64,000 nt of DNA, from assembly GCF_001194135.2 (NCBI RefSeq), contig NC_068985.1, positions 68,098,855-68,162,854 of the forward strand, given 5' to 3'. This document shows, in pieces, positions 38,111-51,711 of this stretch (positions are counted from its first letter, which is position 1; each line of letters starts with the position of its first letter). The DNA is from Octopus bimaculoides. Its lineage: Eukaryota. The notes beneath the pieces are model-generated. The model had not been told where the DNA came from, made no database searches, and saw nothing but the letters and a program-made list of their open reading frames with translations. The position numbers and the translations under genes are program-made.

Positions 38111-41100
38111 TCATGAGGAAACCAACGTGCAATACAGACATTGACGGTTGTACAACAGTCAATAAAATCATATCTTATATATGAACAGCTAGAATGTGGA
38201 ATGAAATGCGATATTATGACGTTAGTATGGCTGTAAATATTATTGGCAGCGTAAAGGAACGGATTTCAAATTATTTCAACCAGGAATATGAACTAATAAT
38301 GTGACAGATTGCCATTATCTAAGATGTTCCATGGTTGATGAATATTAAGTTTATAATATACTATAAATTATTATACATATATGTGTTATAATATAAGTAC
38401 ATCCGGAAACACACAAATTCACACAAATATATATATAGAGCATACGCACACACACACTTATAAAACAAGGAAGATGAAGATATCAATATAGCATAAGTTC
38501 AATGCTGGTTACAATTGTCTCAGTATCCTTCTGCTTCGAACCGCATTCCATATACATGACTATGTTACACAAGACATGTATAAATATATTCATTGGGTGC
38601 GAAGAGGAAGTTTACTGCTGCTTCGAAACAAAAAATGATAATATCAATGATATTACCAGTAAACATACATTGGACATTGGTACAACCTTGGACAGTAATT
38701 AAACCACAACGGACAATGATAAAATTTATAGTAGTGACAATATTAGAATCATACCTCTGAGAATTGTTCTTGATCAGATGAATAAATATGAAACATTTTC
38801 CCATCCTACCCGGTTCAGATGAAACTAGGACACAATTTGCTGTGACCTTGAATCCATGCTATCAGTCGTGTTTCCTTCAGATAATCAAGAGTACTGAAAC
38901 AACTGTAACCAATGCCTCTTTATAAGACGCACAAACATCTTCTAGACTAATGTAATTTTAAGAAGGTATGATCCCAGTGGTGATCCTATATTAAGATCTA
39001 TGTTTGTGACAGGATGCAGCACTTATAGGCTAATTACAAGTAGAGTTGAAAGTTAGAAATGAGGTCGCTCTTAGGGCAAACCAACTTCAATAAAACTGAA
39101 GGTAAAGAATGTCATAACATCAGTAGTTCAAACATCTTCTATGAAATCATCTTTGAAATTACTAAGTAAAAATGTTTCGCTCATGGAATGGAGAAGAGCT
39201 GGGTTTCTCTAAAAGTGGCTCAGTAAACATCTGCAGCTGACATGACTGGCCATCCAAGTAGATATCTTTGGATTAGTTTAGTGAAAGTAACATGCAAATC
39301 ATAGTCAAAATTGACGCTCTCTGTTCATATAAAGTTCTCAGTGAGGCAGAAAGAAATAGCTCGGGTGACACAAATCTCTGCTGGCACATATTATATAAGA
39401 CAATTTTTTTGACAGGCTTCTCGTTGGAGATTTACCCATTCTCACCGCAGATACATGTGTCACAGAAAGTGAAGCAACTCGAAAATGATATGTTGGATAC
39501 TGTTAAAGCCTTTCTGAACACAAGAAACTGACATATATGAATAATCTAATGATAAACTAGTGCAGAATGTCAACAGATGAATGTGCAAAAATGCCACTTC
39601 TTAGTATAGATTTCAATCCCACCTAAATCTGAGCTTATAGCAATGAAAATTGTCATTGTCCCTCAAATCAAGGATTCTACAGTCAATCAGTTGTAAGAAA
39701 ACAAACTTGGCAGTGGTTCATTGGACAGTCATAAAGGTACTGCTAACTTCTCAGTACATGATATAATACTCCCGAATCGCCTCAATCACATCTTCCCATT
39801 AGCAATTCCCTGCTGGGAAACCTGTGTGACGTAATCCATTCCATACCTGTAGCGGTTTGCTTGGCTAAGCTCAAGAACATCTAGAAATATTGGCCACATT
39901 AACAAAATGTATGAATGCAGAGAGAGAGGGGGGAGAGGAAGGAGAGAGGGAGGAGAGAGGGGAGAGGATGGAGAAAAGGGAGAGGATGGAGAGAGGGAGG
40001 AAGGAGAGAGGGGAGAGGATGGAGAGAGAGAGAGAAAGGTAGTGATTGGATAGGGGAAAGTGTATTTTTTAAAATTGAACTAAGTTTTTATATCACCTAT
40101 CACTTAACGCATGTGCATAAGAATAATTCTGTGAAATATTCACACTTATTAAGGTGGCAGAGATATACAACTTAACTAAAGGTTATATCACATGTATGGA
40201 TATGTTTTTTTTTATTTATGGGGAAAATGGAAAAATAATAGCGAATATTTATTTTATGAGTACTGTGTATTAAGTGTATAAAATTGTGCATAAAATATAT
40301 AAGGTGTACATATAAAGTGCATGAAGTAATCATCCTATTCTAATTTCTTTCACTTTTCAATGAGTAGCAGATGAGCAACTATCTTTTCATACTCACACAA
40401 CACAAGCTAAACTTTCAGGTGTTTCAGATAAAGTTTTCAGAAGTAACCTAATAGGTTTATCATTAATTCAATGAAATATTCATGGGTCCTGCTAGTTATT
40501 AATAATAGAATTATAAATTTCTGATCAGTATAATTTTATATCAATTTATTTTGAGGTTTTGAAGAAACATAATTTATGTTCTGAAAATAGTAGTATCCAG
40601 TCGATTTTCTGAAGATAATACTTTAAAAAATCAAACAACCATACTCTGATCAATAGCATTATATTTCTAACACATAATTTGTTTGAATGAACTTCAAACA
40701 GGTTTACATTTATGAATAAAAATAAAATATGTTGTGAAATAAAAGTAAATAATATGGGACAGCACATAATTCTAAATGGGCCAATGAATTTAGAAGTACC
40801 ACTTTTGTCAAGAAGCGTAAGTTTATTGAATCATCACACATCGGTAGAAGTCAGTATGAAAACAATATGCATGTGTGTGTAGGTTGAGATAGATAGATAG
40901 ATAGATAGACTAGATAGATAGATAGATAGATGTGTGTGTGCATACAGAGAAATTGGAATAAATGTGAAATAGTGAGAGAATATGAGAGTTCAACAAGAAC
41001 TTCTCATCTCAGTGAACATTTGCAATTCTTAATATATTTCAAAGATAAGATGTTTATTATTGTTGTCTTTATCAAAATTGTTGAACATATATTTTATTAG

Positions 41101-41908
41101 TTTTCATGCTGTTACTGCTGAGTTCAATATCATTCTGTTTTCGCTTCGTTTCTAAGTTTAACATTTTTCTAAATACCACTCTGGAAGAGACTATTGAATT
41201 CTACTATCTTGATTTGAATGCCAAAGACAAGTGTCAGGGTTATATTACAAGCAGTGTGTCAAGAAGGTTAAATATAATCACAAGGAAACCTACCCCTGAA
41301 AGGAAATGTCATCTATCAATGTTCAGCTTTCTTTTCAAAGGAAAACAGGGATGTTTTGTGAAGTGAGGAGGCAGGGAATCTTCGGTGTAATTGTTATTTT
41401 TCTGTTGCATGCAGTAGTAAATTTGTTTGCTGCTAATAGTAAATCTACCAACATCAATACCTCCTTAAAAATTATCAAATTTATACTGCTTATTGAAATT
41501 AAACCCTGGTTTCTAACTAACTAAGTAAGAACAATTTCTGATCATTTGTCACAAACTGGCATATTTTGTTCATGATTATTGCTTATGCTCTTTCTTAATT
41601 ATATATAATTTATCAGTCAAACCGATTATAGATTTTCAGATTGGTGGAATTAACCCTAATGTAACAGAATTCTTTTAATATAACTTTTTAAAATTCTTGT
41701 CGTACTGTGTTCAAACCCCACACTAAAAGCTTCAAGTATTACAATTGCCTTGAATAGTCAACTATGATAGAACATTCATGTCTCAAACAAAGAACGAAGG
41801 CCCACACATAAAAAAATGAATATATATTGCATAGTACTATTGTACCTTTAGAAATCAAGGCAGACACAGAAGGCTAGCTCTTTGGATCAACTCTGCTCAA
41901 GAGCACAC

Positions 41909-41977
<69 letters not shown>

Positions 41978-42001
41978 TATAGATAGATAGATAGATAGAT
42001 A
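41909..42001. repeat. (AGAT)n tetranucleotide repeat; a second tract lies at ~40887-40931
   Basis: Direct reading. Confidence 0.95.
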
Positions 42002-42264
42002 TGCATATCGTTGTTACCTTAAGCTGTTGTATATCCAAATTTTATCAATATTTATTTCTTCTCGCAATAGCTTATTCTTTTGGTCAAAGTATCATATGTT
42101 CAGCTGCTTCGGATGCCAAGATATCAAAAATTGGCAAAGTGTAGTACAACAGTTTTACTATGGAATGGTGAAACTATTTTTCTGTTTTCTGAAAAAGCAA
42201 TGTTTTGGAGTTATAACAGTTTTGCATAATAACAACAATATATATGTATGTGTGTATGCATATA

Positions 42265-42342
<78 letters not shown>

Positions 42343-42353
42343 TATGTATATTT

Positions 42354-42545
42354 CATCCTCATTGTTTTTTAACGTCGGGTCTCCATGCTCACATGGTTTG
42401 GATGTTTTGACAAGGTGCTGGCTAGCAGGGTGCTGTTTGGATTCCAACTGTCTGTTGTGGCATGGTTTCTATGGCTGGATGCCCTTCCTAATGTCAGCCG
42501 CTTAATAGGGTGTGCCGGGTGCTTTTCACATGTCACTGCACTGGA
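42354..42545 (-). mobile_element. SINE family C (RTE-like (GAT)n tail), 3' part
   Basis: Reverse-complement match to 48439-48709 (ggatgcccttcctaatg; ttctatggctggatgc). Confidence 0.75.
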
Positions 42546-43504
42546 AATTTTTGAGTGGCACTATCACCTGAAAGGACAATATATACATATGTAATTTTAT
42601 ATATATATATATATACATATGCATACACACACTTGGGCAAACACTGTCTTTAAAATAGTATGTTTTGCATTGATTCGATATCATTGAATCATATATTCCT
42701 TAGCGTTGATATGGCATAAAGGTGGGAGCAGTGTTGAATGACGAGCGGCATGTGTTGAGTCTCTGAAGACATTTGTTTCACTCTTTAGGTATTCTTTAAG
42801 GGAGATGAGGTTGCTAGTGCTCTGTATATTACCAAAGTACACTGCAATTATTACTGAAAATATTTTTTGCATATACTGTGAAAGTAACTATTATGTTATG
42901 TATGGTTTACCTTACATTATTCCTGATATTTTAGTACATCCATGATATATATTTGTTTTATTGGAAAATCCCACAGGTTATCCCTGAAAGTCTGGTATCT
43001 CCATAATGGTTGTGATGGATCTGTATCCTTTTTCTTTATGTTGCTAGAGAAATACTTATTTGCCATCTGAAATTATTAATGAATATAAATGAAGTAATTC
43101 TAATTTTGAAAGAAACTGCTTAATTGATATTATGTAAAAGTTAATGGAGTTAAAGTAAAAGAAATATATGTACCTGGATATTTGTTTTCAGATATTTTTG
43201 TCTGAATTACAGCTGAAAATGTTTGTCTTTCATTGGGGTGGGTATGTTAAGACAGTTATTGCTTAAGTACAATTTCACTGTTATGTAACTTGTCCTTCCT
43301 CTATTTAAGTCATAATCACTGTTATCATTCAACATTGAGTTTTCATGTTGCAGAGGTTGGACAGTTTGACAGGGGCTGGCAAGACAGAAGACTATGCTAG
43401 TCTTCAATATCTGTTTTGGCATGACTTGTACATTTGGATACTCTTCCTAGCCCCAAACACTTTACTGAGAGTATCAAGTGCTTTTAATGTAACACTAACA
43501 CAAT

Positions 43505-43955
43505 GGAATGGTTCCTTTGTCTAGATGCACCTTCTAATGCCAGCCACTTTACAGAGTCTATTGGGTGCTTTTAGTTGGTATCAGCATCAGCTTTTTAGCA
43601 CAAAAGTTTTACTTAGCACCATCACCAGTCAGTCTCCAAGTGACTTTCAAGACCAAAACTTCTTAATTGGGGGAGAGGTTATAGTATATTAGACGAATAG
43701 AGATGTCTTGCTGAGAAGGAGATATGTGGTAACCCAGTTAAGAAAGAGAGGCTATAAAGGGAGACAGGGTTAGAGAGGAAGACAGGGAGACATGGTTATT
43801 CCATTTAGGAAAGGAAAGAAAGAGAGATTGGGGGATATAGAGAAATGGAAGTGGAAGTGGTTCTACTAGGGAGGAAGGAATGTTCCAAACAGTGGGTGTA
43901 TGTTCATTATCATCATCATCATTTAACATCCACCTTCCATGCTGGAATATGTGAG
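43505..43955 (-). mobile_element. two short relics of SINE family C (43505-43600 and 43905-43955)
   Basis: gatgcaccttctaatgccagccactttacaga and catcatcatcatttaacatccaccttccatgctgg. Confidence 0.55.
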
Positions 43956-46458
43956 ATTCTGCTTTCAGGTGGTTACTGCAGTAGCATAAACATAGAAGAT
44001 GTGAATGTTGGAGATGAGATGAGGGTGAAATGTTTGATAGGAGAAAGACAGTGAAGGTCGTACAGGGCCTGGCATATAAAATCATACCAATGTGGTTTTA
44101 GGATATCATTTCTGCTATGGAATTTTGCTATGATGGATGGGTCTTCTCGAGCATGGCAAAGTGTTAGTTGAATTTTGCATTCTTTCTATTGGAAAAGGAA
44201 GTCTTATCCATTATAGTTGATTATAATGTGAATTGTTTCTTGTTTATTTCAGCACATAGGTATTTGCCCTATATCTGTGAATATTAATATATTTGTATGA
44301 TTAGAGGCTGGCTATCAAAATTTCCTTTCTTTAAGCGAAAGGCAGAGTATAAGAGATTTAATGAAAAGGGATCCTATTTACAGTAATGATAAATCAATGG
44401 GAATTGAATGTGCCCCAATTTAAATGAATACTGTGTGGATTCCATGGACGATTTTTGTTAAAAATGTGAATGGATTAATGTGTATACATTGTTGCTACAA
44501 ATGATGTACAATCATTTGTTAGTTATGTGTCATTGGAAATGAGCAATAATTAAGGACTTCTAAAATATGAAATGGAACACATTGAAAGGATTTTTTTTTC
44601 CAGTGGTTTGACTGAAATAAAGGAAATAAATGTACTTGGAGCAGCAATAAATATCAGGAAATTAGTTTCTTCCTTTTATCTATTTTTGGCTCTGTTGTTA
44701 TCGTTAGGATGTATAAGACATCTTCAGCTTCAATGTTTCTCAATGTTGATTCAATGTTGATTATGCATTGTGTTGTTCTTGGGTACTAATTAAAAACAAT
44801 TATTAATTGGCAAAAGTAGGCTTTAAAATTGAATTTGAAAATGGAACAGAAGTAATCAATAACAAATGAAAGAGCAAGGAAGAGAGATGTAAGCAGGAAA
44901 ATAACACTGAGGTACAATAGAAAGCGTGAGATTTACTTTATTGAAGTCTATTTGCGAAGAGATTTTTGGTTCAGTATTGTAAATCCTGAAAAGATTGTTT
45001 TGGTTATCTATGCAATGTAATTTTTAAATGTTTGTGATTTTCTATTCTGAATTGTTTAGAAGAATTTGCTGTCCAAGTGACTGAAAACAAACAAGTCATA
45101 TTTACCTGAATTATAAATGTTGTTGGAGTTTATTGTTTTCCATTTTTCCTGAACTGATATTTGGTTTATATATTCTGAAGAATTTCTGATTTCACTGACG
45201 ATCTTGTGTAGTGTTGATATCATTGCAGGGCGGTGTAGTTACTGTATCATCCAATATTTATTTTCATGTATAATTTGGTTATACCTTTGTGAAGACAATA
45301 AGTGAAGAATAGGAGACATTGTAAACAGAAAAGCAGAAAAAATAACTTTATGAATGCAATTGTCTGTTCTTCTATGCCAACATTGTAATGTCATTTAGGA
45401 GAATTATATATATTTGCTGATGCCTATGTCTGTAATCTATATCAATATGATAATTGTTTAAAGAGAACAAATGGAAAACTCATTTAATAAATAGTTGTCT
45501 TAGGTTGTATTGATAATTTGATGTGTATGCTATGTGATATCCTTACCTGTGACTTACAGTTGATGTGCTATAATTTGGTTTTTGATTGTTAGACAATACT
45601 TGAAAGTAAAAAGGCGAATGCGCAAATGTAGTGGGAAGTGAAAATTGGTTATATTAAGACTGGCAATGTGATGAATGAAGAATATTTACTGTGCAATATC
45701 AGTAGTCTTTTGCTTTTTGGATACATTTCACTATAACTGATTGGTATCTTGGGAATCTTTGAGATGTTGTATTTTATGGAAAACATGATGATATATAATT
45801 ATCGAATGTAAATTTAACATGTACAGAGTGGTTGTCAAAAAAATATAATAATAAATTGAAATATGGAAATGTAAGAAATGAAGGATACTTACTTGAATAA
45901 AGTCAAATATCTCATATGTTATGATAGAAAACTCATCTGTTGTTCTTGGCAGCAATGTGTTTAGACGTTAGTATTTTGTTGCATAGGAATATGCAAAAAA
46001 TAAGGAATGCACAAAAAAGACTAAACTAACTTTTGTTGTGCAACTATGGTGGATGATGTGTTAGAACATAATATCTGCTGCTCCTTATAATGGTGGGTAT
46101 TTATCTCCCTGCAATCAATATAAGCAATGGTACGTTTTGCACCAAAATGCTTATATGAGAGTTTCTCTCATAGCAACTACCACAGTCATGTTTGTTCTAA
46201 TAGAACATTCACGTTTAAGTGGGGATAAATATTATCTCTTGGTATTAACATTGCCTCTATCACTATTATTTTTTAACCAGCTAATTGAATAATCATGACA
46301 CCAGTGCCTGTTCTTGCACTGTCAATTTATATATCACTGGTGGGTTGATGAATTGCTGTTGCTTCGAGTAGCCGAGTGTTCATCATTGATAAAGTTAATC
46401 AAGGTTGAAATCATGTGAACTGGTGATCTCAGTGCTGGAAATAGTAGGGATTTAACTC

Positions 46459-46640
46459 CATCATCATCACTTAACATTTGTTGATGCTGGCATAGGCTGG
46501 ACGGTTTGACTGGACTGGCATGCTGGAAGGCTACACCAGACTCCAGTCTGATTTGGCATGGTTTTCTATGGCTGGATGCTCTCCCTAATGCCAAACACCC
46601 CAAGCGTGTAATGGGTGTGTTTATGTGCCACTGGCACGGG
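46459..46640 (-). mobile_element. SINE family C, 3' part
   Basis: catcatcatc tail plus ggacggtttgactg..tctgatttggca..ggatgctctccctaatgcca; matches 48439-48709. Confidence 0.8.
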
Positions 46641-47063
46641 TGCCATTTGTGTGATGCTGGGATGCATTTATATACCACGGGCATGGGTTCCAATTTCTGT
46701 GACATCAGTATCTGCAATGACTGTAATTTTACTTGGCTAGATGGCTCTTCTCAAGTACAACATAATGACAAAGTTCTTGGTCATTGCTTCCATGTTAGCA
46801 AAATAAACAAGAGTGCATGTTGCACCAAAAAGCCAATACAAGACTTTCTCCATGGTAACTACTGCAATAAAATTTGTTTTAATAAAACATCCACATTAAA
46901 GTAGGGATGAATATTACCTGTACATTAACTTTCAAAGAAAGAGAAGATCAGAACATAAGGTGTATTGTCTAATTTTTAAATCCACCATTGGATTTATCAA
47001 AAATATTAATGATGCTGGAAAGAATGAAGAAAACCTAACTTATGAAGACTATTGTTGAATGAA

Positions 47064-47281
47064 CATGAGGGTGCTGAAAAGTTTCTGGCTTTAAGGGTGT
47101 CGCAAAAGGCCTGGTTAGAGGCCCAAACTTCCAAGTTCTTTGACAGGGCTTAGATAAACTGAAGGAATGCTTCAATAACATGTATAAATCTGAGAGAGGA
47201 ATATGTTGAATAAAATCATAATTAACTGATCCTACTGCATTTACTTTTACCCAAAAGCCAAGAACTTTTCAACACCCCTTG
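47064..47281 (+). mobile_element. 218-bp mariner-derived MITE
   Basis: ~29-bp TIRs (gtgctgaaaagtttctggcttt / aaagccaagaacttttcaacac) with TA on the right; the interior carries a transposase C-terminal remnant (LDKLKE..EYVE*). Confidence 0.85.
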
Positions 47282-47541
47282 TAGATATGAATGTATGAGT
47301 CACTAAAGAGAGAATAAATACAAAAGTATATGAGGATTAACAAGGAATGCAGAATACTTATCATATGATGGAAATCTATAATGTCCCATCAATGTTGATG
47401 TGTAGGAAAGCAGAACTTGCTGCTGCATCTAAAGGTACAATGATATACAGATTTGATAACCCACACTAAATAACATCATTAGTCATGACAGATTGTGTAA
47501 TGAATAATGATGTAGAATGTCAAAACAGAAACTTCTATCAA

Positions 47542-47774
47542 AAAGCAGCGAGCTGGCAGAAACACTAGCATGCCAGGAGAAATGCTTAGCGGTATTTTGT
47601 CTACCGCTACGTTCTGAGTTCAAATTCCGCCGAGGTCAACTTTACCCCTCATCCTTTCGGAGTCAATTAGATAAGTACCAGTTACGCACTGGGGTCGATA
47701 TAATCGACTTAATCCGTTTGTCTGTCCTTGATTGTCCCGTCTGTTTGTAGCCCCTTCTGGGCAGTAAAGAAATA
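47542..47774 (+). mobile_element. full-length tRNA-derived SINE (family B, Meta-domain-like core) with 15-bp TSD
   Basis: agaaacttctatcaa is duplicated at 47527-47541 and 47775-47789. A-box-like gagctggcagaa, B-box gagttcaaattc, core tcatcctttcggagtc..aagtacc. Confidence 0.92.
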
Positions 47775-48438
47775 AGAAACTTCTATCAATTAGTAAATAT
47801 GTTTAAATGTTTCCTACTTTTGATTTGTAAGTCATGGGATATCCAAAATTACAATTTATGTGTGATTTCTAAATGTCTTTTCTTATTATTATAATATCTC
47901 ACAGTTGAAAGAAAGGGGGCATTTCCAATGTTGTTGGAAAATTGAAATTTCCAAATTAAGCTCAGAAATCACAAATCAATAACTACTGAATGAATTGACA
48001 GCTGTTAATGAAGTTGATATTTGTTTATCTTTTCAATCAGAAGGCAAATACTTATGACATTTTACAGGCCCTCCATGATTAGTGGGACAGGTGGAGGGAA
48101 ATATCCTCTAATAGTTACTGTGTAGAAGAGAAGCAGGAAATGATTTTCAAAACTATGTGTGATATTTATTGAAGCAGTTTTCATACTTTATAAAGTTAGT
48201 ATTTTAAGGAGCAGAAACATAAATATATTGATAAATGGGCAATGAATGGAAAAGGTTTAGATTATAGAAAATATATATAATCGTGTCCATTGTTTAGTAG
48301 ATGATTGTTGTTGACTATAAGTTTAACATTGTATTGATTGGTTAATAGTCTACATAATTAGCAAATGAAAACTTCCTTGAAACAATACTTGTCCTTGAAA
48401 GTTACTTGATTGTTTTGTTTCTAATGTTAGGCATCATG

Positions 48439-48709
48439 GACTGGCTCCTGTGCAGGTGGCACGTAAAATGCACCATTTCGAGCGTGACTGTCGCCACTAC
48501 TGCCTGACTGGACCTCGTGCCGGTGGCACGTAAAAGCACTCACTACATTCTAGGAGTGACTGGCATTAGGAAGGGCATCCAGCTGTAGAAACTCTGCCAA
48601 ATCAGATTGGAGCCTGGTGTCGCCTCCTGGTCCACCAGTCCTCAGTCAAATCGTCCAACCCATGGAAAGCGGATGTTAAACAACGATGATGATGATGATG
48701 ATGATGATG
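48439..48709 (+). mobile_element. SINE family C, 3' part with (GAT)n tail
   Basis: Duplicated ggtggcacgtaaaa; aggaagggcatccagctgtagaaac; ends aaacaacgatgatgat. Confidence 0.85.
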
Positions 48710-50493
48710 AAGAGTAATTTGTAAACACAGATGGAAAAGTGAAAATATTGATTACAGAATGTTAAGTATAAAAAGTTGAATTAAGAAAATATATTTAAAA
48801 TTAAAATTGATATGGAGGAAATGAATAACAATTACCGAATGATAAAATCCATGGTACTTGATGCCCAAATCCCTTCTGCTACAAATGTATGGCAGCATTC
48901 ACATTAAATTAATAAATACCATGTCCCTCAGTTTGTATTCTGTATTTAAGTTGTGGGAGGTTAATTTTATAGAATAATAAAGAGGTGCAAAGTAATTTTT
49001 GAAATAGTAAATAAAAATGAATGATGAAAGAATCAAGTATATTTACTATAAGATGGCAATCATCTCACTCTTACCCCTTTTCACTGATGATGTGTATAAA
49101 CACAATAATTTCTGTTGCTTAGGCTGTAATCTCTACTGATGTTATTATGTAAAAGAAGATATACAAAGATACATAAGTTTAAATTAGTGGAAATGAAGAA
49201 AAATATGAAATTAATGAGACAATGAATGAAGAATATATATATACCTCATAATGAAATTTCTAATTCGTGGTAATTGATGTTCTAATCCTTTAGCTACATT
49301 TTTATTTTAATATTAAGATGTTTGTGAGTTTGTACTATGTTAACTTGTTCAGGAAACAGCACATGCAAGTTTGATTCCCACCGATGAGTATTACCGTTTT
49401 CCTGTCTCCAGAGGTTTATAAACCGAACATGTATTGTTAAACTTGTGTTATAACAGCTTACAATAAGCTACACTACTTTCAAATTTCCACACTTTTTAAA
49501 TGATTATTTTGTTGTTTCCATATTTTATAACTTGTGTATAAATAATGCAAAATCCAATGTGTTGATAGATACTGTTTGCTGTTGCATACATTTGGAATTT
49601 GTATTGTTTGCATTGCCAGAAGACTTTCTAAATGAGAACTTACTTGTAAACAACATTCTTTGTGATATGTTTCTCATTTGTTATATATATACATACATAT
49701 TCAATCCTCTGGACACTCTTGAGAAGGCAACATAGTTGTACATGTGTGAATATGAGCTTAGGTAAATATAATGCAAACTTTTCAAATTTTGTCCTTGTTA
49801 TTTATTGTCATTGCCATTGCTAATTTAATACGAAGCTGTTGTGTAATTCACATAAATAGTAACTGTTCACCTACTGAAAAAAGGGTAACTCTTGGTATAA
49901 GAGTTCTTTGTTGTGGACCTTTAGTTATAATTTTTACCTTAATGACTTTCTGTTGAATGTCTTATTCTAAATGAGTAAAATTACTCATGCCATTAGTTTG
50001 GTCAATTTGTACATAGATTAATTACAGCATTAGTCGTTTAATTTTAATATTGTGATGGAAAGCCTGAACTGTTTGGGGCATTTAAGTGCTCTGTATTGAA
50101 TTCTTAAGGGTCATCCTGATGTGAACCTTGATTCCTGCATGTCTTCCAGTAGTGGTGAAGGCAGACCTCAGGATTCTGAGCTTAAAGGATGACAGGAACC
50201 AGATCATGACCTTTTACTCAGAGTTAGAAGTCTTTGTCATTGTACTGTTTCCTTATTTACATCTGGAAAATTGCATGTTTGGTTATATAGAAATATGTTT
50301 CTCTTCTAGAACAACCATTGAAAAATCTTGTGTATTTACAATGTCTAAATATTCTACACTGATATTTTGAAAGAGAGTTGCCAATTCATTATGACATAGC
50401 ATCATAACTTATAATGATATTATCAAGTGTATAGCTACTCTGTTGACTAATGTCATTCAGTGATGTAGTTGATACTCTGTATTGTAAATATAG

Positions 50494-50651
50494 CTCCACA
50501 TTATGGCTCCTTATCTGAGGAGACAAGTAAATGTGAAGGTAATTGATAGAAGACCTGACCATATATTGCATATATATAAACACCTAATTGATTGTAAGTT
50601 TTGTTTTTAGTGTTTGTTATATCAGAGGATGTGAAAGCTTATGAACCATGA
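50494..50651 (+). other. candidate last two coding exons of an unidentified gene (50494-50538 and 50626-50651)
   Basis: 45-nt phase 1-1 exon (..PHYGSLSEETSKCE), then an 87-nt intron (GTAATT..CTAAT..T-rich..CAG), then EDVKAYEP*. No homology recognised. Confidence 0.25.
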
Positions 50652-51673
50652 TATTAGACCTAAATAGGACACCTTCAATAGTCAGAGTTAAGAGTTCTTT
50701 AAGCTGAGCTGGTGGCTGTGGGATGGGCAGAAGTGAAACTTAACCCTCCCCCACAACAAAAATAGAACAAAGCAGAAATTCTTCGATTTAATCTTATGAA
50801 TGCACCACATTTACAACATTTCTCATTCATTTTTCTCCATGCAGTTTATTTCTATGTCATCTTTAAGGTTCTCAGTTTTCTCATCTTTTCCTCACAAAGT
50901 CTACTCTTTTCCTGCTTGCTTGTTGTGTCTGTGCTTCTTCAATTTTCCTATATTGAAGCCTGCCTTGTTCTATCATCATGCTGTAAATTTAATCTTTGTG
51001 CAGTAGTAATTGATGAGTGCTGTGTATGCCATTGTTTATTGTAAAGCTGTCTCTTTTCAATTATATTTCCATTTTTACCCCTTTGAGTGAATGTTATTTC
51101 ACACTCTTCGATTATAATGGAAGTAGTTTCCTAGAACATATTTAGAGAAAGTATAAAAGCTTTTGGGGAAAAATTTGAGAAATTTTTTTTCTATCAGAAA
51201 CTAATTAAAATTAAGAGAAATAAAGCTGTACATTTTTGATTCTTAATTGAAGTAATGGTATTCATTTTGTTTGCATTTAAAATTACAGTTTACCCTTAAA
51301 TTCAAACAAAACAAAACCACATTCAATATTCAAAAAGTGGAAAAAAAATAAATCCACCACTGCCAGAATTAATGAATTATAATTTTCACATTTCAAATGG
51401 GAAGGAGACATAAGCATATACTGGGAGAACAGCTGCAATTTTAAACCTATTAAATTATTAGAAAAGTGGGTCCACATTTTCTTTAAATACACTTCGTATT
51501 CATTAGCATTATTGTTAAAAAATTAAAACTGAAAGAATACTCTTAGTAAATATTGAAATATGCTTGTACATTTTGAATGAAATATATNNNNNNNNNNNNN
51601 NNNNNNNNNNNNNNNNNNNNNNNNNNNNNNNNNNNNNNNNNNNNNNNNNNNNNNNNNNNNNNNNNNNNNNNNN

Positions 51674-51711
<38 letters not shown>

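Noticed and set aside
39917-40037. Pure-purine GA-rich tract (possible triplex or G-quadruplex)
   Set aside because: It is a degenerate (GA)/(GGAGA) microsatellite, common in this kind of genome; no specific evidence of function.
50109-50300. Possible selenocysteine or readthrough at the TGA in ..DSELKG*QEPDHDLLLR
   Set aside because: The exon itself is unproven, and I saw no SECIS-like structure or selenoprotein similarity.
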